Shown: positions 16,553 to 24,564 of the stretch, one piece after another
Numbering within the stretch: the stretch's first letter is position 1
Layout of the letters: the number at the start of each line of letters is the position of its first letter
Source: Polyangiaceae bacterium
GTDB taxonomy: Bacteria; Myxococcota_A; Polyangia; Polyangiales; Polyangiaceae
Direction: 5' to 3'
DNA: 40,274 nt
Assembly: GCA_044222475.1 (NCBI GenBank)
Contig: JBGANF010000070.1
Span: forward strand, 1 to 40,274
Program-made: the position numbers and the translations under genes
The notes under the pieces: model-generated
Databases searched by the model: none
Seen by the model: only the letters and a program-made list of their open reading frames with translations
Told to the model about the DNA's origin: nothing

Positions 16553-17283
16553 TCCACGTCGACGAGCGCCACTTCCAATGGGTGTATAGTGCAACCGCTC
16601 TCGTGGGGCTCCTCCTCGCGCTGTTTCTCCCCTCGTCCAAGAAGCACGTCGCGCCCGCGTCCCGCCGCACTTACGTCATCCTCCAGGGGATCACGCTGCT
16701 CGGCGCCGCGATCGGCGCCAAGCTTGCGTTCCTTGCCGGCGACCTCCACTGGCCGGCAGCGAGCGTTCCGCTCGACGAGATCGTCTACTCCGGCCGCTCG
16801 ATCACCGGCGGCTTGCTCGGAGGCTTCCTCGCCGCCGAGCTCGCGAAGATCCCACTTCGGTACACCGAGCTCCCCAACGACTGGTTCGCGGCCAAGCTTC
16901 CGCTCTCGATCGCGGTCGGTCGCGTCGGCTGCGTCCTCGCCGGGTGCTGCCGCGGCGTGGCCGGCAGCTACCCGCTCGCGATGGTCTACTCCGACGGCGT
17001 CCCGCGGTTCCCGGCGCAGCTGTGCGAGCTGGCGTTCCAGGTCGTCGCGTTCGGCGTCGCCTACGCGTGCTTTCGCCGCACGCTGCTACGCGGCCGCGTC
17101 TTCGCGACGTACATGATCGCGTACGGGCTCTTCCGCGTCGTCATCGAAGCCCTCCGCGACACCGAGAAGGTCGCCTTCCACCAGACCGTCTCGGTGTATC
17201 AGCTCCTCGCGATCGGCCTCGCCGTGTGCGGAGTCGCGTCGTTCGTTCGTCACTCCCCTCGGGTCGCGGTGGCGACGGCGTGA
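16549..17283 (+). CDS. Divergent prolipoprotein diacylglyceryl transferase (Lgt)-like protein
   Basis: GAAIGAKL, GRSITGGLLGG, GRVGCVLAGCCRG, PAQLCE and FRVVIEALR; ATGA-coupled to the desaturase. Confidence 0.85.
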   Translation: MIHVDERHFQWVYSATALVGLLLALFLPSSKKHVAPASRRTYVILQGITLLGAAIGAKLAFLAGDLHWPAASVPLDEIVYSGRSITGGLLGGFLAAELAKIPLRYTELPNDWFAAKLPLSIAVGRVGCVLAGCCRGVAGSYPLAMVYSDGVPRFPAQLCELAFQVVAFGVAYACFRRTLLRGRVFATYMIAYGLFRVVIEALRDTEKVAFHQTVSVYQLLAIGLAVCGVASFVRHSPRVAVATA

Positions 17284-18530
17284 GGTGCATCGCGACGAGC
17301 TTCGGCTCCGCCGGCGACTTCCTCCCGACGCTTGCGATCGCCGCGGCGATGCGCCGCGCCGGGCACGACGTCCTCTTCGTCGCGAACCCGTTCTACGAGC
17401 CGATCGCCCGCCGTGCCGGCGTCGCGTTCCAGCCGGTCGGCGCACGCATCGAGGTCTACGACGAGGTCGAGCGCAACCCGCGGTACCTCGACCCCACCTT
17501 CGGCCTCGCCGCGATGTGGAAGGACTTCGGCATCACGGCCGTGACCGAGACGTACTACGCGCTCCTCGGCATCGTGGCGGACGCCGACGTCGTCATCTCG
17601 GCCAACATCTCGATCGCCGGCACGTGGGCCGCTGCCGAGCGCGGCGTCCCCAGCGTCTTCACGAGCGCCACCCCGATGGCGTGGCCCAACGCGCGAGCGC
17701 CGATGCAGCTGCTCGATCGCGCGTTCCCCGAGTGGGCGCTCCCCACGCTGAACACCGCGGCCCGCGCCATCGGCAACGTCGTCCTCGGCACCGAGCTGCG
17801 ATCGCTCGGCCGCACCCTCGGCGTGTCCGCCGGCGATCCGTCGTTCGCCGGCACCGAAGCGATGGCCGCGCTCCACCTCGGCCTGTGGTCGCCGCTGATT
17901 CGACCGTCGATGGAAGGAGATCCCCCGCGCACTGCAGTGTGCGGCTTCCCGCGCGCCGGCAACTACGCGGCGACGCGCCACGAGCTCGACCCCGCCATCG
18001 ACGCCTTTCTCGACGCCGGTGAGCCTCCGGTCGTCGTCGGCCTCGGCTCGGTGTTCTCGGTCGGCGCCGGACCGCTCCTCGAAGAGATCGCCCAAGCGTG
18101 CTCCTCGATCGGCCGCCGGTGCCTCGTCGTCGGTCACCCCGCCGCCCACGATCGGTTCGGCGGCGACACGCTCGCCGTCCGGTACGCGCCCTACCACCTC
18201 GTGTTTCCCCGCGCGTCCGCGGTCGTCGTCCACGGCGGCGCGGGGACCACGGCCGAGGCGCTCCGCGCCGGACGTCCGATCGTCGCGCTGCCTTTCGCCT
18301 ACGACCAGTTCGCGCTCTCGTGGGAGATCGAGCGCCTCGGAGTCGGCGTCAGGGTCAGCAAGTCCAAGCGCTCGCGCGACGTGCTGGCGAAGGCGCTCGC
18401 GCGCGCGCTCGACGACGAGGCCATCGCCGCGCGCGCCGCCGAGCTCGGTGCGCGCTTCTCGGCCGAGCGGGACGGCGCCGACGTCGCGGTCGAGCTCATC
18501 GAGGCGATGCTGACGAGCGCGCGGAGGTGA
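17280..18530 (+). CDS. GT-B family 1 glycosyltransferase (RhlB / sterol glucosyltransferase-like)
   Basis: GSAGDFLP..A.A..MRRAGHDV N-terminus; VHGGAGTTAEALRAGRP...PFAYDQ sugar-nucleotide motif; GTGA-coupled. Confidence 0.9.
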   Translation: MRCIATSFGSAGDFLPTLAIAAAMRRAGHDVLFVANPFYEPIARRAGVAFQPVGARIEVYDEVERNPRYLDPTFGLAAMWKDFGITAVTETYYALLGIVADADVVISANISIAGTWAAAERGVPSVFTSATPMAWPNARAPMQLLDRAFPEWALPTLNTAARAIGNVVLGTELRSLGRTLGVSAGDPSFAGTEAMAALHLGLWSPLIRPSMEGDPPRTAVCGFPRAGNYAATRHELDPAIDAFLDAGEPPVVVGLGSVFSVGAGPLLEEIAQACSSIGRRCLVVGHPAAHDRFGGDTLAVRYAPYHLVFPRASAVVVHGGAGTTAEALRAGRPIVALPFAYDQFALSWEIERLGVGVRVSKSKRSRDVLAKALARALDDEAIAARAAELGARFSAERDGADVAVELIEAMLTSARR

Positions 18531-18542
18531 TACCCTGCGCCC

Positions 18543-18725
18543 ATGTACCCGATGCCGCCGCCGGGTGGTTTGCCTCCGGGTGAGCTCCCACCGCATCTCC
18601 GCAACAAGCGCGACACGCCGTGGTGGGTCGTGCTGCTCTACGTCATGGGCGGCTTCGCCGCACTCGGCATCCTCGGGGTCGTCGCCGTCTTCGGTTTCAT
18701 CGCGTTCGCCTGCGGGCACCACTGA
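18543..18725 (+). CDS. 60-aa single-TM peptide ending in lipobox-like IAFA-C-GHH (candidate Lgt substrate)
   Basis: Fills the gap between operon genes (12 nt and 5 nt spacing); Pro-rich then basic N-region, long hydrophobic stretch, Cys57. Confidence 0.75.
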   Translation: MYPMPPPGGLPPGELPPHLRNKRDTPWWVVLLYVMGGFAALGILGVVAVFGFIAFACGHH

Positions 18726-18730
18726 CCGAC

Positions 18731-19444
18731 ATGCCGGCCTCGGTGATCAAGGAGATGTGGCACCGCGATCTCGTCGATCGCCCCGACACTCACGCCTGGG
18801 TGCTGAGCCTCTACCGCGCCGGTGAGGTCCACCCGCAGACGGTCGACGACTATTTTCCGTTGGCCGCCGCCGAGGACGAACGGCTGCGCGCGTCGATGGC
18901 GCGCCACTCGGCCGACGAAGCCCGCCACGTGAAGATCTACGACCGCGCGATCGCCAAGCTGGGCCAAACGCTCACCGAGTTCGACGGCCTCGACGTCTTC
19001 AACGTCGTCATCCGTCGCGAGACCGACGCCACGTTCGCGACCCGCGACGTCGAGGAAGCCGACCTCCGCCGCGAACGCCTCGCGCACTTCCTCGCCCACG
19101 CGCATTTTCTCGAGAAGCGCATCGCGCGCTCCGTCGAGTACCACCTCGAAGCCTGCGAGCGCGCCGGCCGCGCCGACGTGGCCCGCGCGGTGACCGCCGT
19201 CCACGCCGACGAGGAGCGCCACACGACGTACACGCTCGCCGCCGTGCGCGATCTCTTGCCGCCCGCCCGCGCCGCGCGGGTGATCGCGATCCACCGGCGC
19301 GGCGAAGCGCGCGCGAACCTCCGCTTCTCCGCCCGTCAGGTGCGCGCGTTCCTCGCTCGCTTCGGTGCCGGCACGAAGCTCTCGCACTCGCTCGTCTACC
19401 GAACGTCCGCTCGCATGATGGAGGCCGCGCGTGCTGCACTCTGA
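18731..19444 (+). CDS. Ferritin-like diiron-carboxylate protein
   Basis: E...DEARH and LE...DEERH paired ExxH motifs in a helical protein. Confidence 0.82.
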   Translation: MPASVIKEMWHRDLVDRPDTHAWVLSLYRAGEVHPQTVDDYFPLAAAEDERLRASMARHSADEARHVKIYDRAIAKLGQTLTEFDGLDVFNVVIRRETDATFATRDVEEADLRRERLAHFLAHAHFLEKRIARSVEYHLEACERAGRADVARAVTAVHADEERHTTYTLAAVRDLLPPARAARVIAIHRRGEARANLRFSARQVRAFLARFGAGTKLSHSLVYRTSARMMEAARAAL

Positions 19445-20924
19445 AGGCAAACGCCGACTCGGGATCCTCACGCCGACGCGACCGCCGCTCGAGCTCGCCA
19501 AGGACGCCGCTCGCGCCCTCGACGAAGCCGGCGCGCGCGCACGCTTCGAGCTCGCGCCGCGGGATCACGCGCTGAAGACCACCGTGAGCCTCTGCCCCGA
19601 GTGCCTCGCGCACGTCCCGGCCGTCGTCTTCGTTCGCGACCGGCGCGTCCTCGTCCGAAAAGCTTGTACACTACACGGTTCGTCCGACGCAGTGCTCGAG
19701 AACGACGAGCGCTTCTACTTCCTCTCCAACAAGGACCGCGCGGGGAACGTATTCGCGAGAGAGCGCATGTTCGACATCCCGTCGTTCCCGAGCGCGCTCC
19801 AAGATGCGGCGTGCTGCGAGGAAGGGACCACCTGCGACGGCACCGATCAGCTCGGCAACAAGACCTGCACGATCCTCGTCGAGGTCACCGACGCGTGCAA
19901 CCTCGCGTGCCCGGTCTGCTACAGCGACGCGAAGGGCGACAAGAAGCTCCCGCGCGCGCAGTTCGAGAAGTACCTCGACGACCTGGCGACGAAGAAGGGC
20001 GGGCTCGACTCCGTCCAGCTCACCGGCGGCGAGGCGATGCTCCACCCCGAGTTCTGGGAGATGCTCGACTTCGTCTGCGGTCACCCGAAGATCAAGAAGG
20101 TCTACCTCCCGACGAACGGCCTCCTCGTCGCCAAGGGAGACGCCGCCGCTCGGCTCGCGCGCCACAAGGCGAAGCTCATGGTCCTGCTCCAGTTCGACGG
20201 CATGAGCGACAAGGCCGATCGCGAGCTCCGCGCAGCGACTCCCGCGCGCGTCCGGCGCGAGGTCGTCACGAAGCTCGGCGAGCTCGGCGTCTTCATGCAG
20301 CTCACGATGACGCTCGCGCGTCGCGTGAACGATCGCGAGGTCGGCGACGTGATCGAGCTCGCGCTGCGCCACGAGCACGTGAAGGTCGTCGCGTTGCAGC
20401 CGGCGACGTACTCCGGCCGCTACGACCTCGAGCCGAGCCCGATGGATCGGCTCACCCTCTCCGACGTCGTGAAGGCGGTCGCGAAGCAGACGCGCCGTCG
20501 CGCGAAGGAAGCCGACTTCGTGCCCATCCCGTGCAGCCACCCGAACTGCGGGTGGATCACGCTCTTTCTTCGGCGCTTCGGGTTGGTCGGCAACGTCGTT
20601 CGCTTCGTCGACATGCCCAAGGTGATCGACAACGTCGCGTACCGGACTCTCCTGTCCACCGACGAGCTGAAGGACGCGGTCGGCACCAAGGGCGGCTCGG
20701 TCGTGAAGCGCGCGGTCGGGCGTCTGGCGAAGGGCCTCGTGCGCTCGCAGGACATGTTCACCGTCGCGATCAAGCCGTTCATGGATCGGCACTCGTACGA
20801 CCAGGACCGCGTCGACAACTGCTGCCATCACCTGCTCGACACGAAGGGCAACGCGCGCTCGTTCTGCGAGTACAACGCCATCCTGCGGCAGCAGGATTCC
20901 TGGGCTTCCATGCCGTCACTCTAG
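19431..20924 (+). CDS. Radical SAM enzyme of the MJ0619 / tetraether synthase (Tes, GDGT-MAS) family
   Basis: N-terminal SLCPEC...KACTLHG, CNLACPVC, TGGE..LHP, LQFDG, PCSHPNC, and C-terminal NCC.H...SFCEYN. Confidence 0.85.
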   Translation: MLHSEGKRRLGILTPTRPPLELAKDAARALDEAGARARFELAPRDHALKTTVSLCPECLAHVPAVVFVRDRRVLVRKACTLHGSSDAVLENDERFYFLSNKDRAGNVFARERMFDIPSFPSALQDAACCEEGTTCDGTDQLGNKTCTILVEVTDACNLACPVCYSDAKGDKKLPRAQFEKYLDDLATKKGGLDSVQLTGGEAMLHPEFWEMLDFVCGHPKIKKVYLPTNGLLVAKGDAAARLARHKAKLMVLLQFDGMSDKADRELRAATPARVRREVVTKLGELGVFMQLTMTLARRVNDREVGDVIELALRHEHVKVVALQPATYSGRYDLEPSPMDRLTLSDVVKAVAKQTRRRAKEADFVPIPCSHPNCGWITLFLRRFGLVGNVVRFVDMPKVIDNVAYRTLLSTDELKDAVGTKGGSVVKRAVGRLAKGLVRSQDMFTVAIKPFMDRHSYDQDRVDNCCHHLLDTKGNARSFCEYNAILRQQDSWASMPSL

Positions 20925-20965
20925 TCTGAGTGGCGAACCGGCGGGACCCGCGCTATGAAGCCGCC

Positions 20966-21841
20966 ATGCGACGCGTCCTCCTGCTCGGGCTCCTCCCTCT
21001 CCTCGCCTGCTCCTCCGACGACACGACCACCCCGGTCGACGCCGGCAAGGACGTGACGGTCGACGTCACCGTCGATGCGCCGAAGGACGCGCCGGCGGAC
21101 GTCGCGAAGGACGTCGCGAGCGATGCCACGACCGACGCCTCCGTCGACGCGACGACCGACGCGAGCGACGCGTCGACCGACGCGACCAGCGACGCCAAGG
21201 CCGACGCGGCCGACGCCGCCGTCGACGCCACCGCGGATGCGGCCGACGCGGGTGGATCCGTCTGGAAGACGCCCACGTGCGACGGAACGATCGGAGCCAA
21301 CGAGTACGGCAGCTCGGGCAACACGTTCACCACCGGCGGTGGCCAGGCGTGGTCGATGACCTGGAACGCGACGAACCTCTACGTCGCGGTCACGAACGCC
21401 ACCGTGACCGAGGCGATCGTGCTGTACGCCGGCTTCGGCGGAAACAACGGCCTCACCTCCGGACAGATCTACGACAGCACGGCGCCGGGCACGCTGATCT
21501 TCAAGGCGGACGCCGTGCTCTACGCGAAGAGCACCTACAACGAGGTGCGCAAGGTCCTCGGCAACGCGTGGGGCGCGCCGACGGCCGCCGCCGCGACGTT
21601 CTGCGGCAGCGGCACCACCCGCGAGATCGTCATCCCGTGGGCCGCGCTCGGCTCGAACGGGATCCCGGCGAGCTTCCGCTGGGTCGCCTACGCGACGTCG
21701 GCGAGCGGCTTCGTCTACGGGCAAGTCCCGACGACGAACCCGGGCGGGAGCATCGGCACCGCCGCCAACTTCCCGCACGACTTCTTCGTGTCGAGCACCA
21801 ACGACGGCGCCGGCGCGTTCCCGTTTGCCACCGTAGAGTAG
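20966..21841 (+). CDS. Lipoprotein with D/A/T-rich linker and C-terminal DOMON/CBM9-like beta-sandwich
   Basis: LLAC lipobox; PTCDG....EY, WNATNLYVAV and EIVIPWAALG motifs. Confidence 0.8.
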   Translation: MRRVLLLGLLPLLACSSDDTTTPVDAGKDVTVDVTVDAPKDAPADVAKDVASDATTDASVDATTDASDASTDATSDAKADAADAAVDATADAADAGGSVWKTPTCDGTIGANEYGSSGNTFTTGGGQAWSMTWNATNLYVAVTNATVTEAIVLYAGFGGNNGLTSGQIYDSTAPGTLIFKADAVLYAKSTYNEVRKVLGNAWGAPTAAAATFCGSGTTREIVIPWAALGSNGIPASFRWVAYATSASGFVYGQVPTTNPGGSIGTAANFPHDFFVSSTNDGAGAFPFATVE

Positions 21842-21844
21842 TGA

Positions 21845-22522
21845 TCAGCCCGACGCGGGACCGAACCGAAGCGGCATCACCGGCAGGCCGGCACCCTCGA
21901 GCAGCTCGGTGAGCTGCGAGGACACCGTCCTCGCGCGCGTCGTGATCTTGTTCGGCTCGAGCGCGGCGAGCAGCCGCGCGCGCGCCTCGTGCATGCGCCA
22001 CGCGATCGTTCCGCGCGAGCACTTCTGGACGATGGCGGCTTCGGCGTTCGACAGCCCCTGGAGCGCGACGAGGACGACGGTGGTCTTCATGTCGGCCGGC
22101 AGCGCGTCGAGAGCGTGGAGCAGACGCGCGTACGTCTGGCGAAGCTCGGCTGCGCGCCGCGGATCGCCGTGCGCGTCGACCGCGACGGCGCGCTCGAGAC
22201 GCGGGTCGTCGTCCTCGATCGAGGACTCGCTCCGCCGCAGCCGCGCGCGACGTGCATCCAGCGAGCGATTCACCGCCAGCCGATAGACCCACGTGAAGAA
22301 CTCGCTGCGCCCTTCGAACTGACCGAGCGTGTCGTACGCGCGGAGGAACACGTCTTGAGTGATGTCGTCCGCGTCGCTCTCCGAGCCGGAGAGGTGCAGC
22401 GCGAGCGCGAAGATGCGCCGGCGATAGCGCCGCACGAGCTCGCCGAACGCGCGCGGATCGCCCGACTGGGCGCGCGTCACGAGCAGGGTGGCCGCGGCGG
22501 CCTCTCTCTGAGCGGGCGTCAT
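21845..22522 (-). CDS. ECF sigma-70 factor
   Basis: AQSGD..AF.ELV.RY, DDITQDVFL, FFTWVYRLAVN, region 4 GLS..EAA......GT...R...AR. Confidence 0.93.
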   Translation of the reverse strand: MTPAQREAAAATLLVTRAQSGDPRAFGELVRRYRRRIFALALHLSGSESDADDITQDVFLRAYDTLGQFEGRSEFFTWVYRLAVNRSLDARRARLRRSESSIEDDDPRLERAVAVDAHGDPRRAAELRQTYARLLHALDALPADMKTTVVLVALQGLSNAEAAIVQKCSRGTIAWRMHEARARLLAALEPNKITTRARTVSSQLTELLEGAGLPVMPLRFGPASG

Positions 22523-22594
22523 GGTTCTCAGCTTAGACGTGCCATATGGGCCGTTGGTTGGCGAAAGTTTCGTGCCAAAACCCACTGCGCTCCG

Positions 22595-22761
22595 TTCACC
22601 CTCGGAGAGGAGAGAACAGGAAGGGCGGAAGGACGGGAAGATTAGAGGGGCGTGCCCCCAGAGCCGACTCGTGGCAGCGGGCTCGCATCGACGATCAGCC
22701 CAAATTCTTACCGTCCTTCCCGCCTTCCTGTTCTCTCTCTCCGGAGGCGTGAGTGGGTGAA
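22595..22761. repeat. Long imperfect inverted repeat with a ~60-nt spacer (REPIN/MITE-like)
   Basis: Purine-rich arm GGAGAGGAGAGAACAGGAAGGGCGGAAGGACGGGAAGA pairs with TCTTACCGTCCTTCCCGCCTTCCTGTTCTCTCTCTCC; outer TTCACCC/GGGTGAA. Confidence 0.8.
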
Positions 22762-22766
22762 TGTGG

Positions 22767-23105
22767 TCAACTGCCCCGGTAGGTCGAGTAGCCGTAGGGG
22801 CTCAGCAGCAGGGGCACGTGGAAGTGCTGCGTCGGATCTTCGACCACGAAGAGGATCGCCACCTCGGGGAAGAAGCACGGCGTCCCGCTCGCCTTCGCGT
22901 AGGCCGCGGTATCGAAGGTGATCCGGTACGTGGCGGCGGTGACCGCCTCGGCGGTGACGAGCGCGCGGTTGCGCCCGTCGGCGTCGGTCACGCCTTGGCC
23001 CACCAGCTCGAAACCGTCAGCCGTCTTGCGTTCCAGCTTCACCGGCACGCCCTGCGCAGGCTTGCCGCGGGCCGTGTCGAGCACGTGGGTCGTGATTCCA
23101 GCCAT
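22767..23105 (-). CDS. uraH: 5-hydroxyisourate hydrolase (transthyretin-like)
   Basis: ITTHVLD..G.PA, DGR, FFPE, HFHVPLLLSPYGYSTYRGS. Confidence 0.96.
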   Translation of the reverse strand: MAGITTHVLDTARGKPAQGVPVKLERKTADGFELVGQGVTDADGRNRALVTAEAVTAATYRITFDTAAYAKASGTPCFFPEVAILFVVEDPTQHFHVPLLLSPYGYSTYRGS

Positions 23106-23107
23106 GG

Positions 23108-24564
23108 TCAACCCACCAGCTTTCGCAGACGCAGGTGCATGATCGCAACCTTTGTTGCGCTGCCGCGAGCATCTCGTCCGCGCTCTTGCCGGTCGCGCAG
23201 TAGAGGAAGACGAAGCCGAACTTCGCCTCGTACGCGGCGTTCGCCTCGGCGAGGGCGGCGAGCGTCTCGGGCTTCGCCGCCGCGGTCCCCGCTTGCTCGC
23301 GCCGACTCCACGCCGACTCGCGATCGGCGCCCTCCTTCTTCTGTCCCAATCTGGGATGAGCGGCGAACGCCGCCTGCCAATCGGCTGGCGACGCCGCGCG
23401 CCAGATCGCGTCGGCTCGGTCGAACAACGTCTTCGCGTCCGCGAACGGACGCTCGGCGACGACCTTCTCGAGCCACCCCGGCGCGGCGCAGCACATGCGG
23501 AGGTCGCGCTCGAGCGCAGCGGGCGACCGCGCCGCGAGGTGACGCACCAGCGCCGCGTCGCGGCCGGCGTCGGTGAGGGTCCCGAACACGCGCATGCGGC
23601 TGACGCCGCCGTCGGGGAAGACCTCGAGCCGAAGCTCGGTGAACGGCCCGCGATCGGCGAGCTCCTCCACGTACAAGTGGCGCGTGTGGGCCATGAGCTT
23701 CCGCCGCGGCAGGACCTCTCGCCACGGGCCTTCGCCGTCGCGACCGACGACGCGGGCGGTGTCGGGGAAGTTCCCTTTGAACCAGTTCGTGTCGAGCTCG
23801 AGACGATCGATCGTGCCCTGCCCGGTCAGGCGGACGACGACCCAGTCGTGCGTCTCGGCGGTGACGCCGCGGCGGCGCTTCGTCTCCCAGCCGTCGCTCA
23901 TGTTCGGCGCGCGACCGGGCTGAATCAGGTTGTGCTTCGGCCCGAAGAACATGTCGCTGCAGGCGAGGACCTGGCCGCCGTTCTCCATCGCCGCGAGATC
24001 GAAGTCGTTGGTGGCGCCGCCGATCGCGCGGAAGTCCGGGAGCACGTCCCCGTGGACGCGCAGGCGAGCGACGCCGCCGTCGGGAAAGATCCGGAGGCGC
24101 AGGTGGGTGACGCCGACCGGGCTCGTGATCCGGAACGGGTTCTTCGAGTTGCCCTGGAGCGGGCTGCGGGCGAGGAGCGGCACCCACTCGGTGCCCTCGG
24201 CGAGGAGCTCCTCGACGAGCGTCCCGGGTCGCGCGGTCGTTCCCTCGATCGCGCAGCTCTCGGGGAAGTTGCCGCGGAAGAACGACGTGTCCACGACGAC
24301 CCCGCGGATCACGCCGCCGAGCCCGAGGCGAACGATGGCCTGGTCCTGGACGTCGGGCCCGATCGCGCGCTTGCGCCGCGACTCCCAGCCGTCCATCCAC
24401 TTTCCCTTGTCGGTGTAGGCGTGCTCGCGCCACTCGGCGTCGTGCGCGCGGAGGAGGTTCTCCTTCTCGGCGAAGTAGTCGTCGGTGGCCCACAACACGG
24501 ACCCGCCGAGCTTCTCCGCCGCGAGATCGGGCAGATCGAGGAAGTCTTCTTTCGTAGCTGTCAT
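23108..24564 (-). CDS. alc: Allantoicase fused to OHCU decarboxylase (UraD); 3' end has an apparent deletion and frameshift (in-frame ORF reads on to 23017)
   Basis: Two allantoicase repeats (DGWESRRKR, DGWETKRRR, FPDGGVARLR), then AFAAHPRLG, SRREQAG, N.AYEAKFGFVF; UraD tail IMHLRLRKLVG* lies in a different frame. Confidence 0.88.

Noticed and set aside
21040..21250. Repetitive DA/DAT-coding tract in the 20966 lipoprotein
   Set aside because: Ordinary low-complexity lipoprotein linker, not a DNA repeat array
22563..22577. Minus-strand TGGCACG-AAAC-TTTC upstream of the ECF sigma gene
   Set aside because: Good -24 box but the -12 element is TC rather than GC; not supportable without TSS data
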